Positions 1-11,940 of a DNA stretch of 64,000 nt are shown here, one piece after another. The notes below the pieces were generated by a model. The model was not told where the DNA came from. It was given only the letters and a program-made list of their open reading frames with translations, and ran no database searches. The stretch is from Planctomycetaceae bacterium (GTDB lineage Bacteria > Planctomycetota > Planctomycetia > Planctomycetales > Planctomycetaceae). The stretch is taken from NCBI GenBank assembly GCA_024742875.1, contig JANSXP010000013.1:9218-73217 (forward strand), written 5' to 3'. The stretch's first letter is position 1; each line of letters starts with the position of its first letter. Made by a program: the position numbers and the translations under genes.

Positions 1-48
1 ATGCACCGATTCACGCGCCGCATTCACGCCAACGACTAGTGCAATCAA

Positions 49-825
49 TTAACGCAACCGAACGTGCTGCAGCACCTGTTCGTGAATGTGACCGTTCGTA
101 GCGCAGAAACTCGTTTTATCCAGCGGCGGGATGCGGCCGTCACATGTGGACACGCGGCCGCCCGCTTCTTCAATCAGCAGTCGTCCGGCGGCAAAATCCC
201 AGGGACACAGCTGGTATTCGAAAAACCCGGCCAGCTGTCCACTGGCGACCATGGCCAAATCCAGTGAAGCCGTGCCGAAGCGGCGGATGCCGTGAATCTG
301 CTGCTGGAACAGGCGGTCGATGGCAGCCAGTGTGGCCCGCATCATGTCGCCCCGATCGTAGAAGAAGCCGGTTCCCAGCAGTGATGTGGACAGATCGCGA
401 TCATCACTGACATGAATGGCTCGCTCATTGTGCCAGGCTCCCTGGCCGGCCTGAGCCACATACCAGTCAGCCGTCATGGGATTGTAGACGACCCCCAGCT
501 CGGCTTTCCCATTCACGTAGTATCCAATCGACACGGCAAAGTGGGGCACGCCATGGGCAAAATTCGTGGTGCCGTCCAGCGGATCCACGATCCACAGATC
601 GGTGGCCTCGACGCTGTCACTGTTTTCCTCTTCGCCCAGAATGCTGTGATCCGGGAAAGCCGCCTGAATCACGCTGGCGATGGCCCGCTCGGCGTTCACA
701 TCCGCATCGGACACCAGGTCCACCGAAGCAGATTTGGTCCGCATCTGCACGCCGCTTTGGAAATAGTCCTGCAGAATATCGCCGGCCGTACGCGCGGCGG
801 TGCGTGCCACATCTATGGGCTTCAC
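49..825 (-). CDS. suhB: Inositol monophosphatase family protein (SuhB/IMPase-like)
   Basis: 258-aa ORF. The translation shows IMPase signatures: the HSILGEEE metal region, WIVDPLDGTTNFAHG and a later WDFAAG. TAA stop at 49-51. Confidence 0.88.
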   Translation of the reverse strand: MKPIDVARTAARTAGDILQDYFQSGVQMRTKSASVDLVSDADVNAERAIASVIQAAFPDHSILGEEENSDSVEATDLWIVDPLDGTTNFAHGVPHFAVSIGYYVNGKAELGVVYNPMTADWYVAQAGQGAWHNERAIHVSDDRDLSTSLLGTGFFYDRGDMMRATLAAIDRLFQQQIHGIRRFGTASLDLAMVASGQLAGFFEYQLCPWDFAAGRLLIEEAGGRVSTCDGRIPPLDKTSFCATNGHIHEQVLQHVRLR

Positions 826-873
826 AAGATCACCGATCAGCTAAGGGAGAGAGCCAGACGTCCCGGCAGCCCG

Positions 874-2019
874 TCAGAAACGCGGCAGGGTGTCGCCAGC
901 AGCGTTGTCGGACTTCTTATCATCAAACATGGTGACAACCGTGGCCTGCGCCCGCAGTTTGTCCAGCACGTCTTTGCGCGACTGCGCCTGCATGCTGGAT
1001 TTCAGCTGCTGTTCGATCTGCTGCTGCACTTCCTGCAGTGGGGATGTCTCCGCGTACTGGTGCTCGGCCACCCGGTAAAGTTCCAGTCGGTTGTCTTTGA
1101 CGATCACATCCGTCATCTGTCCGGTCTTCATGCTCATCAGCATTGAGTCCAGCTGCTTGTCGGCCAGAGCGCCGGGTGTCAGCCAGCCCATGTCGCCCCG
1201 CTTTTCTGCACTAAGCGTGTCCGAATGATCGGCCGCCAGATCTCCGAAATCGGCGCCACTTTGCAGCTGCTGTAAAATGGAGGTCATCTTCTGTTCGGCG
1301 GCCGCTTTCTGTTCCGGATTGTCAAAGAACAGCACGATCTCCTGCCATCGTACGCGTTCCTCACTGGTGAAGTCCGCCTGATGGCTGCGGTAGTATTCCA
1401 CGATCTCGGGGCGATCGATGTTTTTGGGCGCGGCGGCCAGAGTGCTGAGATATCCCTGCACTTTCTGAATCCGCACAAAGCTCTCCCGCAGCAGATCGAT
1501 CGACACACCTTCTTCGGCAAGGATCTCGTTCAGTTCGCCGTCGGTGGTGACGTTGTTCTTCTTTTTGATGTCGGCGATCACATCCTGAAACGGCTCTTCC
1601 AGCGACTCGTTAATCAGTTCCTGACGGTCCGCCGGAACCGCCTTGTTGAGGGCCTGCAGCACGATCTCCTGCTCCACGTAGGAATCCAGACGATCGCGGA
1701 TCTGCTTGTACATGATGGCCTGCCGCTGCTCGTCGGTCAGCGTGGGTTCCGCTTCCACGGCGAGTCGCACGCTGCCGATCAGATCGTCAACGAAGATCGG
1801 CGCGCCGTTGACTTCCGCCACGACGGAGTTACCACCCAGCAATTCCGTGGACCCACTGATCGGGACAATGATGCCTCCTGATTTGCCGGGCTCCACATCG
1901 GCCGTTGAGCGATTCATCAGCGCCCCTCGGGGAGGCGCCTGAGCGAAGACCGGATTTTCGTCGACCAGCGATTTCCCCTGACAACCGGAGATGACCAGCA
2001 GGGCCGTCAGAGCCAGCAT
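874..2019 (-). CDS. SurA/PrsA-like parvulin-type peptidyl-prolyl isomerase, probable lipoprotein
   Basis: ORF 874..2139 trimmed to the in-frame ATG at 2017-2019, giving MLALTALLVISGC (lipobox-like signal). The C-terminal third has a parvulin PPIase pattern (RVRWQEIVLFF, GDMGWLTPGAL). Called from motifs only. Confidence 0.72.
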   Translation of the reverse strand: MLALTALLVISGCQGKSLVDENPVFAQAPPRGALMNRSTADVEPGKSGGIIVPISGSTELLGGNSVVAEVNGAPIFVDDLIGSVRLAVEAEPTLTDEQRQAIMYKQIRDRLDSYVEQEIVLQALNKAVPADRQELINESLEEPFQDVIADIKKKNNVTTDGELNEILAEEGVSIDLLRESFVRIQKVQGYLSTLAAAPKNIDRPEIVEYYRSHQADFTSEERVRWQEIVLFFDNPEQKAAAEQKMTSILQQLQSGADFGDLAADHSDTLSAEKRGDMGWLTPGALADKQLDSMLMSMKTGQMTDVIVKDNRLELYRVAEHQYAETSPLQEVQQQIEQQLKSSMQAQSRKDVLDKLRAQATVVTMFDDKKSDNAAGDTLPRF

Positions 2020-2223
2020 GCGACAGGCATGGTGGTTCAGAAGTGTTGTGTTGGAAGAGCCCACGATTGCGTCCATGCAATACGTCAAAACAAGAAGAGA
2101 CCGTCGAGAACTATATCGGCGTTCAGAAAGCGGCCTCAAGCCCGGATCGATGTGTCTTCCACAACCGGACCTTCCGCGGCCGGCAGGATTTGCCGAACAG
2201 CCCGATTTCCGCGCGAAAAGCGG

Positions 2224-2589
2224 TCAATCCAGCCACTCATCGGCCGGATCGAACTCCGGCAGACAGACAATCAGCACTTTCATGCGGCCCAAAGCTCGAT
2301 GTCGGACACCTGGGGGGATCACAATGCTCATCCCCGGCTTCACGGCGATGATCTCATCGTCCAGCTCCATCCGCGCGTCGTCTGTGCACTCCAGAAAGAA
2401 GTAAGTTTCCGTGTGCGATTTGTGATAGTGCTTTTTGGCATCCTCGCTGATTTCCGTCACGTGCAGAGTGCCGGGGAAATCCTCGTTGTCATAGAACGCC
2501 CGTCGGGCCACACCACACGGACACGGCACCCCTTTAATCTGTGAAAAGTCGGCCACGGCGTACCGCGGTGAGGGACTGTTGGACGCCAT
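2224..2589 (-). CDS. Cupin domain protein
   Basis: 121-aa ORF with ATG at 2587-2589. Cupin_2-like motifs HYHKSHTETYFFLEC and GMSIVIPPGVRHRALG. Confidence 0.7.
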   Translation of the reverse strand: MASNSPSPRYAVADFSQIKGVPCPCGVARRAFYDNEDFPGTLHVTEISEDAKKHYHKSHTETYFFLECTDDARMELDDEIIAVKPGMSIVIPPGVRHRALGRMKVLIVCLPEFDPADEWLD

Positions 2590-2653
2590 GACGTTCTGCT
2601 GGGCTGTTTGCCGCGTTGAAGACCAGGGAGGACCGCACTTCGCAGGACGGCCG

Positions 2654-5191
<2,538 letters not shown>

Positions 5192-5240
5192 TCAAGTGTG
5201 AGGCCGCTGTGAAATGCTGGTGCGGCGAGAGGCGGGAACG

Positions 5241-5561
5241 TTAGCGAGCTTTGACGAATTTGAGCGAGGTGATGGGAGGCTCCGGGTGACGCTCCTGCAG
5301 GACTGGCAGCAGCTCGTGTTTCAGATAGCTGCTGAGCTCCTCCAGAATGGCGCCATTGGTCACCGAAATTTCCAGCACTCCGTTGCGAAGTTTTCTGACA
5401 AACGATTTGCCCGCGACTCGTTCACCCGCCACCTGTTTCCAGACCTGATCCAGTTCACTGCCTGATGTCTGCTCCGCGATTCCTCGCTGGCGAACCAGCT
5501 TGTTCAGCACGTTGCCCAGGCGAGCAGGTTGTCCGGAAAAAGCGTCCATCAGAATCGGCAC
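5241..5561 (-). CDS. DUF721/DciA-like protein
   Basis: 106-aa ORF lying between dnaN and gyrB, the usual DUF721 position. VWKQVAGERVAGKSFVRKLRNGVLEISVTNGAILEEL resembles the family. Start is GTG at 5559-5561 or ATG at 5547-5549. Confidence 0.6.
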   Translation of the reverse strand: MPILMDAFSGQPARLGNVLNKLVRQRGIAEQTSGSELDQVWKQVAGERVAGKSFVRKLRNGVLEISVTNGAILEELSSYLKHELLPVLQERHPEPPITSLKFVKAR

Positions 5562-5686
5562 AGAAATTGAGGCGAGTGATCAGGACGGGCGAATGTCTGA
5601 CCGGGCGAGTGATGCCGGAGCCTGGCCTGACCGGCCCCCGCTACAGGCACAATGTGCCATGCCTGCATCAGGGTGTCTGTAACGCA

Positions 5687-6799
5687 TTAACGATTCTGAG
5701 ACAACGGCATAATGACGTAGGTGTACGAATCCTCCACGCGAAACACGGCCGCGTGTTCCGCGCTGATCAGCTGCAGTTCGACGAGCGTTTCCGGAGTCAG
5801 CACTTTCAGAAACTCGCCCACGTAGCGGGGATCAAAAGTGATGCGAATTTCTTCGTGATCGTATTCGATGGGAAGTTCAATCCGTGACTCGCCCACATCC
5901 TGAGCGCGACTGGCCAGCAGCAGTTTGGAATCACCAAAGACGAAGTCCACACCTCGGCTTTCTTCATCCGTAACAATCTGGGCCTGACGCACGGCCGAGT
6001 GAAATGAGCCACCCGTCAAATTGACCGTCACTTCTCCGGCCTTCGGAATGACGTCGCGGTATTTGGGGAAACGCCCCTCAACCAGACGGCTGTAAATCAC
6101 GCAGCGGCCAGTCCGCATGAGGACTTCGTTCTCACGCACCACCACGTCGACATACTCAGCATCATTGTCGATCGAACGCTCCAGCAGCCCCATTGCGCGG
6201 GTGGGGACCACGGTCGTCTTTTCCGGAGCCACCGGACTGCCTTCGGTTTCGCAGGCGGCGGTGGCCACGGCCAGACGACGACTGTCTGTGGCGGCCGCCG
6301 TGATGGTGCCTTCTTCAAATTCCAGACGCAGCCCGCCCAGAGCATACCGTGTGCTCTCGACGTCCGTGGCGAAGACCGTGCGACGGATCATCTGACGAAA
6401 GCTGGCGGCCGGAATCTTGAAGTAGTCGGATTCATCAAACTCCGGCACCGGAGGGAAGTCACGGGCGTCTTCCGAGGAAAGCCGGAACTGACTGCCAGCC
6501 GCATTCAGACGCAGCGTCTGCTCCTCCACTTCAATGTCAAAATCCGCACACTGCAGTTCCCGCAGAATCGAAGACACTCGGTTGGTGGGCAGCAGCGCCT
6601 CCCCGGTGGACGTGGTGGTAACGCCATCCACCGCATATCGAATGGCGACTTCCTGATCAGTGCCAACCAGTTCCACACCGCTGGACCCCACATGCATGTA
6701 AACGTTTCGCAGAACGTCTTTGGGAGTCCGCGCGGGAACGGCCGAAGCGGCCGCCTGGAAGGCGGCAGAAAAGAGGGCTCGGTCACAAGTCAGCTGCAT
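5687..6799 (-). CDS. dnaN: DNA polymerase III beta subunit (sliding clamp)
   Basis: 370-aa ORF with ATG at 6797-6799. Length fits a three-domain clamp, and the sequence pattern is typical of DnaN (LLPTNRV, EGRFPKYRDVIP, C-terminal VIMPLS). Sits just upstream of the DUF721-gyrB pair. Confidence 0.94.
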   Translation of the reverse strand: MQLTCDRALFSAAFQAAASAVPARTPKDVLRNVYMHVGSSGVELVGTDQEVAIRYAVDGVTTTSTGEALLPTNRVSSILRELQCADFDIEVEEQTLRLNAAGSQFRLSSEDARDFPPVPEFDESDYFKIPAASFRQMIRRTVFATDVESTRYALGGLRLEFEEGTITAAATDSRRLAVATAACETEGSPVAPEKTTVVPTRAMGLLERSIDNDAEYVDVVVRENEVLMRTGRCVIYSRLVEGRFPKYRDVIPKAGEVTVNLTGGSFHSAVRQAQIVTDEESRGVDFVFGDSKLLLASRAQDVGESRIELPIEYDHEEIRITFDPRYVGEFLKVLTPETLVELQLISAEHAAVFRVEDSYTYVIMPLSQNR

Positions 6800-7250
6800 A
6801 ATTTGTTACTCAAATCTTCCTTTGCGGCCCGCACATCAAGGTCTCACAGGCCGGCAAATCTTCGTGCCTTTTCAAGCGCTCCAGCATAACAGAATGGGCC
6901 CCGTTTTGCAGCGGGAGACAGTCGCCAAAACCCTTAAATTTCAAGGGTTCACAGCCTGATTTCACCCATGCTGCGGGACCACGAAATCCGTCGCCGATCA
7001 GGGGTCGACCGTCGCCCGGAAATTACCATCGGGTCCCTACGGAAAAGCCGCACGGCCAGGCGGCCTGCCCGACTTTCAAACCGGCAGCCAGCAGGGCACT
7101 TCAGTCAAAGCAAAGGGGGAGTCGGCAGGTCGGAGTTGGCGCAGAGGGCTATCAAAGTTCTGTCAGAGCCCGGCAGGTCGCGTGCCATGATCCGAGGACA
7201 CCCCGCATGGGCCGTTCGCCTCAGCCGGATGCAGCCAGACGGACACCCAA

Positions 7251-9383
7251 CTAGGCAGCGACGCGTGTGGCATCGTCTGTGCTGGCCGGAGGCGTCAATC
7301 GCTTCCGCTTGGCGCCCAGGGCCAGAAACGCGGGCAACAGCAGCAGATCGCCGACAAGAGCGGCCAGCAACAGGCAGAACATCAGCACGCCAAACCGCAT
7401 GGTGGGACGAAACGGCGACAGCCCCAGCGCCAGCAGGCCTGTGCCGGAGATCACGGCCGAAGAAATGATGGGCATGCCGGTCTGCAGGACGGCCCGTCGC
7501 ACGGCTCGATAGCGACAGCCGGTCTCACGACGACTGCCCTGGTAGCTGAACAGAAAATGGAACGTGCCGTCCACAGCCAGACCCAGAGCGATACTGGCCG
7601 TCATCATGATGCCGATATCAATCGGATAATCGGCCCAGCCGAGTGTCCCGAAGATCAGCAAAATAGGCGTCAGATTGGGGATCATGGCCACCAGCCCCGC
7701 GGACAGCGACCGCAGGGCCAGAATCATCACAATCGTGATCAGCACAAACGCGGAGGCGAAACTCTTCCAGAAGCCTTCAAAAATCTGCCCCTGTGCAAAC
7801 TCCAGCAGGGGTCCGATACCCGTAAATCGCACAGGCATGGTGTCGCAGTGAGCCGTCAGTTCGTCCATCGTCGCCCGCAGAGCAGATGGTTCGTCGTTGT
7901 CCAGTCGAATGGAGATCCGCCACAGTCGACTGCCATCCGCCAGCAGACTGGCGGTCGCCTGATCATCGCCGGAAGAGGCCAGCCGTGAGAGCGAGATCGT
8001 CTGATCGGAAATCTCTTCGGGGAAGAAGTCGGCCAGCGACAGCGCGTGACAGACGTTGTCCACGCGGGCAATCGTCGCTTCAATTTCTCGCACTTCCCGC
8101 AACCGCTCGATGAAGCTGGTCTGTGTGCTGCCAAAATCCACCACCGCTTCAATCGAAGTGGGGCTGGTCAGTTCTGACGCCACCAGCAGCGTGTCGTGCA
8201 GTACGGGATCATTTTCCGGCAGAAACTCGATGGGGCTGATGAGCGACCGCAGTGACATCAGACCCACGCTGCAGAATGCCGTCACCAGAATACCAGGCAC
8301 CAGCACAGTGACGGGACGATTGAGCACAAACATGGCGGTCGACTGCAGGCCCCATTCGGCCACCTTCGTCCGAGCAGGGTCATAGCCGCAGACCAGCAGG
8401 ATGGCGGGCGTGACGAACACGCCAACCACAAAACTGAAGAAGGTGCCAACCGCGGCCGCCGTTCCAAACGCGGGAATCGGCCCCACATCACTCACCGCCA
8501 AACTGATCAACCCGATGATGGTCGTGATGGTGGCAAACGTACTCGGCATAATGACGCCGGCGAAGGAGCGACCCACGGCATCCGGCCGGGGGTATTCGTG
8601 ACGATAGTGGCCGATGAAGTGAATCGAAGCGGCCGTCGTGAACACCATCACCATCACGGGCAGCGACGACATGATGAAGTTCATTTCCTGGCCGGACAGC
8701 CAGATCGTCGCCATCGTACACTGAATGGCAAAAAGATTGCCCACCATCAGAGCGCCGGACGTCTTCCAGCAGCCAATATTTACCCGCATCAACAGAAAGC
8801 AAATCAGCAGCGTCAGACCAAACAGCAGTGACGCACGCTTGCGGCTGCCCAGCTTGTCCAGCTGCGTGGCCACCACGGGAGCACCGGCCAGCACGGCGTC
8901 TTCCAGATCGCAGTAGCTCAGCTGATGACGGACGGCGGCAACCGTCTGCATGCGGTGATCCAGACCATGCTCGTTGATCGACACCATCAGCGTCTCGAGC
9001 GAATCATCGCTGGTGGACATCAGATTGATCAGACGTTCCCGCGCATGAGCCTCGGACACATCGTTGGCCAGCATCGATTCCAGCACGTGCTGTCGCGTCC
9101 AGCAGGCCGCAATGCCTTCCAGACCTTCGAGGCGACCGCTCAGGGCGGCGATTTTTTCCGGGGCAGGGAAGGGGCGTTCAAAGGCAATCAGAATGGTTTC
9201 GTCCGCACCAAACGTGCGACAAAACTCATCGTACTCCGTCCTGATCTCACTGTTACGCGGCAGCCACGTTTCAATGTCGTTGTTGGACGGAACCATCTCC
9301 CCCACGATGGTGAAGACCGGCAGCGCGGCCATCAGACACAGCACTAGTGAACGCGAGTATCGTGAGTAGAAATCCGTAACCAT
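7251..9383 (-). CDS. MMPL/RND-superfamily membrane transporter
   Basis: 710-aa ORF with ATG at 9381-9383. Two blocks of about six hydrophobic helices are separated by soluble loops, and FGADETILIAFE lies near the N-terminus. Substrate unknown. Confidence 0.68.
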   Translation of the reverse strand: MVTDFYSRYSRSLVLCLMAALPVFTIVGEMVPSNNDIETWLPRNSEIRTEYDEFCRTFGADETILIAFERPFPAPEKIAALSGRLEGLEGIAACWTRQHVLESMLANDVSEAHARERLINLMSTSDDSLETLMVSINEHGLDHRMQTVAAVRHQLSYCDLEDAVLAGAPVVATQLDKLGSRKRASLLFGLTLLICFLLMRVNIGCWKTSGALMVGNLFAIQCTMATIWLSGQEMNFIMSSLPVMVMVFTTAASIHFIGHYRHEYPRPDAVGRSFAGVIMPSTFATITTIIGLISLAVSDVGPIPAFGTAAAVGTFFSFVVGVFVTPAILLVCGYDPARTKVAEWGLQSTAMFVLNRPVTVLVPGILVTAFCSVGLMSLRSLISPIEFLPENDPVLHDTLLVASELTSPTSIEAVVDFGSTQTSFIERLREVREIEATIARVDNVCHALSLADFFPEEISDQTISLSRLASSGDDQATASLLADGSRLWRISIRLDNDEPSALRATMDELTAHCDTMPVRFTGIGPLLEFAQGQIFEGFWKSFASAFVLITIVMILALRSLSAGLVAMIPNLTPILLIFGTLGWADYPIDIGIMMTASIALGLAVDGTFHFLFSYQGSRRETGCRYRAVRRAVLQTGMPIISSAVISGTGLLALGLSPFRPTMRFGVLMFCLLLAALVGDLLLLPAFLALGAKRKRLTPPASTDDATRVAA

Positions 9384-9638
9384 TCCGACGCGCCATCTAC
9401 GAGGTACAACCGATCCGTAGTGGAGCTATCGAAAGAACGGCAAGTTTTGCCTCAGTGCGATCGCCAAGCGCAGGTTCGATCACACATTTTTTTGACAACC
9501 GCCTGTTGCGGCAGGAAGATTCCGCGATTCAGCAATGAGCAACCGAACCGGCGGAGGTCGGCCATCCGGCGACGTCTGCCAGAGCTGCCTGGTCTCACCC
9601 GACAGCCCGATCCGAATATCCGGAAGACTCTGGGTGGA

Positions 9639-9992
9639 CTAGTTGTTGCTGTCACTCGACAGAAACCGCCCACCGCTCATGAACATGCCATTGTCACACG
9701 GATGGCACCATTCAATCATCACACGGTACTCAAACTCTCGCGTCTCACTGGCCATCCGAACGGTCGTTTCACCCGTGCTGACACTGCCTCGGTGCAGGAG
9801 CCCAATCCCCGTGCGACTGATTTCCCGCGTCATGGCGGAAATCGTGTTGCCGCGGCCCGTCTTAATTTCCGCCGGAACCGAAAGCTCGAGCCGCTCATTG
9901 GTACGCAGGTTGGTCACATCAGGCTTGCCGATGCTTTCCAGCACCTGTCGCAGATCGTCAAGGGTTGGCCGACTCCATGGATCGCTGGACAT
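9639..9992 (-). CDS. PilZ domain protein (putative c-di-GMP receptor)
   Basis: 117-aa ORF with ATG at 9990-9992. Carries an RxxxR motif (RTNER) followed by a [DNE]xSxxG-like motif (EISRTG) at PilZ-like spacing. Confidence 0.5.
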   Translation of the reverse strand: MSSDPWSRPTLDDLRQVLESIGKPDVTNLRTNERLELSVPAEIKTGRGNTISAMTREISRTGIGLLHRGSVSTGETTVRMASETREFEYRVMIEWCHPCDNGMFMSGGRFLSSDSNN

Positions 9993-10149
9993 CGTTTTGA
10001 GCTCCGAAAATGTCTTGTGCAGTCACCCGATGTTGCGGGTGTGTTGATTCTCCCCACCGTTGTTAGTGAACTTAGGTTGGGGATCGGCATCAGGCACGAC
10101 ACTTCGGAACGAAGCAGGGGAACCCAGCAGCCTGGCAATTCAGCCTGCG

Positions 10150-11679
10150 CTAGTTCTTCTGACTTTGACGACTGGGCAGGAACAACAGGGCCGCCAGAGC
10201 AACGCAGCCCAGAATAAAGAACCACATGCGGTTGGGAGCTGCCGTGATTGTGGCCGGGCCCCCTTCCGTTCCCACGGGCTGCACAGACTCGGTGACCAGG
10301 TCTTCTGCCGGAATCTGATCCAGATCATCAAAAGCGGGTTCCATCACAAAGGGATCGGCCAGCGGCTGTGTTGAAGCATCGGCCACCGGCAGCTCAATCA
10401 CGGGCTGATCGGAAGGAACCTGTTCGGGAATCACAAGAGCTGACTCCGTCGACTGAGAGACCAGTTCAAACGGGGCGGCCGGGTTCGCATCAAACGCATT
10501 GGCGGCAACGGGAGACGGAACCAGATCCATGGATGGTGCCGCAACCGGTGAAGCCGCCAGAGCGTTCGCAGCGTCTGATTCGCTCGACTGTCCCCACTGG
10601 AACTGCGGTTCGACAGGTGCGGGTGCGGCGGCCGTCTGAGCGGACTGCCCGGCGGCAAATGCGGCCCATGGGTCATCCTCACTTTTCAAAGGGCCAAAGC
10701 CGTGACTTTCCGCGGCCGTTTCAAAGCCAGCCGGCGTGGCCGCTGCGGCGTCGGCCGTCGGAATCCGGGGAAACGGGGCGCTGGCTGCCGAAGCAGTCAC
10801 ATCACCGGTCGAATCGAGTTGATCTGACATCCCTAACGCATCCGCGAACACATCACTGGCTTCGGGAAACAACTGCTCCTGACGGGAAACGGCATCTGCA
10901 AACGCCGACTCCCGACCGGATTCGCTTACCAGTGAATCAAAGTTCAGTCCGGCGTCTGTCGCGGCGGCCAGATCAGTGGCGGGCGATTCCGGTGAAGCAA
11001 ACGGATTCCCGGACTCGGACGGCTGGTTTTGATTCAGAAAGTCGGCGAATGACTCCGACGTCCGCTCCACCGTCTCCTCCACGACCTGTGAAGCAGACGC
11101 AGTGGCGAACGGATTTTCTGCTGTGCGGTCGAACCGTTCATCGGTGGCTTCGCTCAAGTCATCGAACATCGCTTCCGCCTGCTGTTCCACCTGCTCCAGA
11201 GAGGCCACATAGCGACCCGCCTGCTCCACAGCGCGATCTGTCTGCTCGGCCGCATCAACAACCGTTCGAGTCGGCTCGGCCGCCTGTTCCTTGACCTGCT
11301 GCTTGAGCCGCTGAATCTCAGCATTGAGTTCCTCCACAGCGCGACGATCTTCCAGAGTGCCAGCGAATGGATCTTCCAGATCAGCAAACTCGTCGTCGCG
11401 GTCACGCCCAAACAGCCGACCGAAACTGAATCGCGAGGGTGGGTCCTCAACCGGATCCACGGGATCATCCACCTCGCGAGTCTGCGAAACAAGACGCGAG
11501 GCAGGGTCGCTCTCGGCTTCGTCGTACAGCTCCGCGTAAGCGTCGTCTTCGCGTTCGAGCTCTTCCAGCGTGCTGTAGTCATTGCGGCCAATGAGGTTTT
11601 TCAGCCGGGCGCCTGAACAGCCCGTACAAAACAGCAGCGTAGCGGTCAGAGCGAGTGTGAGTGGTTTTTGAGTGGCCAT
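10150..11679 (-). CDS. Acidic low-complexity envelope protein, lipoprotein-like signal plus C-terminal TM anchor
   Basis: 509-aa ORF with ATG at 11677-11679. The signal ends in LFCTGCSG, the body is D/E/A/S/P-rich, and there is a C-terminal helix (MWFFILGCVALAALLFL) with a basic tail. No recognisable domain. Confidence 0.6.
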   Translation of the reverse strand: MATQKPLTLALTATLLFCTGCSGARLKNLIGRNDYSTLEELEREDDAYAELYDEAESDPASRLVSQTREVDDPVDPVEDPPSRFSFGRLFGRDRDDEFADLEDPFAGTLEDRRAVEELNAEIQRLKQQVKEQAAEPTRTVVDAAEQTDRAVEQAGRYVASLEQVEQQAEAMFDDLSEATDERFDRTAENPFATASASQVVEETVERTSESFADFLNQNQPSESGNPFASPESPATDLAAATDAGLNFDSLVSESGRESAFADAVSRQEQLFPEASDVFADALGMSDQLDSTGDVTASAASAPFPRIPTADAAAATPAGFETAAESHGFGPLKSEDDPWAAFAAGQSAQTAAAPAPVEPQFQWGQSSESDAANALAASPVAAPSMDLVPSPVAANAFDANPAAPFELVSQSTESALVIPEQVPSDQPVIELPVADASTQPLADPFVMEPAFDDLDQIPAEDLVTESVQPVGTEGGPATITAAPNRMWFFILGCVALAALLFLPSRQSQKN

Positions 11680-11940
11680 GATGATGGACTTTCCGATCAG
11701 CGGCTTCGGTCTGCGACGCGCAAACAGATGCTCCGCTGTCAGTTTTTTCGACCCTAGGGATTAGCCCGGAAAAATCAGTCCGTTGTATTCCGCCGTTTCC
11801 GCCAATTCCGCCGCCGTCAGGTTCGGGTCCCTTAAGAGAGGCAATTCGGGCTGACACGGGACCCTTTGACGGTCACTTTCGGCGTACTTTAGACTTTCCG
11901 CTGTCATCTCATCAGATTTCCTCATGCAGGCCACCCACCT

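Noticed and set aside
1-39. 12 in-frame codons ending in TAG at 37-39, possibly the 3' end of a plus-strand gene
   Set aside because: The fragment is too short to support any call.
6800-7250. Possible oriC upstream of dnaN, and a 7-bp hairpin AACCCTT-n7-AAGGGTT at 6929-6949
   Set aside because: I found no DnaA-box-like 9-mers and no AT-rich DUE by eye. The hairpin is short and AT-containing, and it lies 300 nt from the nearest stop codon, so neither an origin nor a terminator call is supportable.
9473-9480. GGTTCGAT, reminiscent of a tRNA T-loop, in the 255-bp gap 9384-9638
   Set aside because: The flanks do not form a T-stem, acceptor stem or anticodon arm, so there is no cloverleaf.
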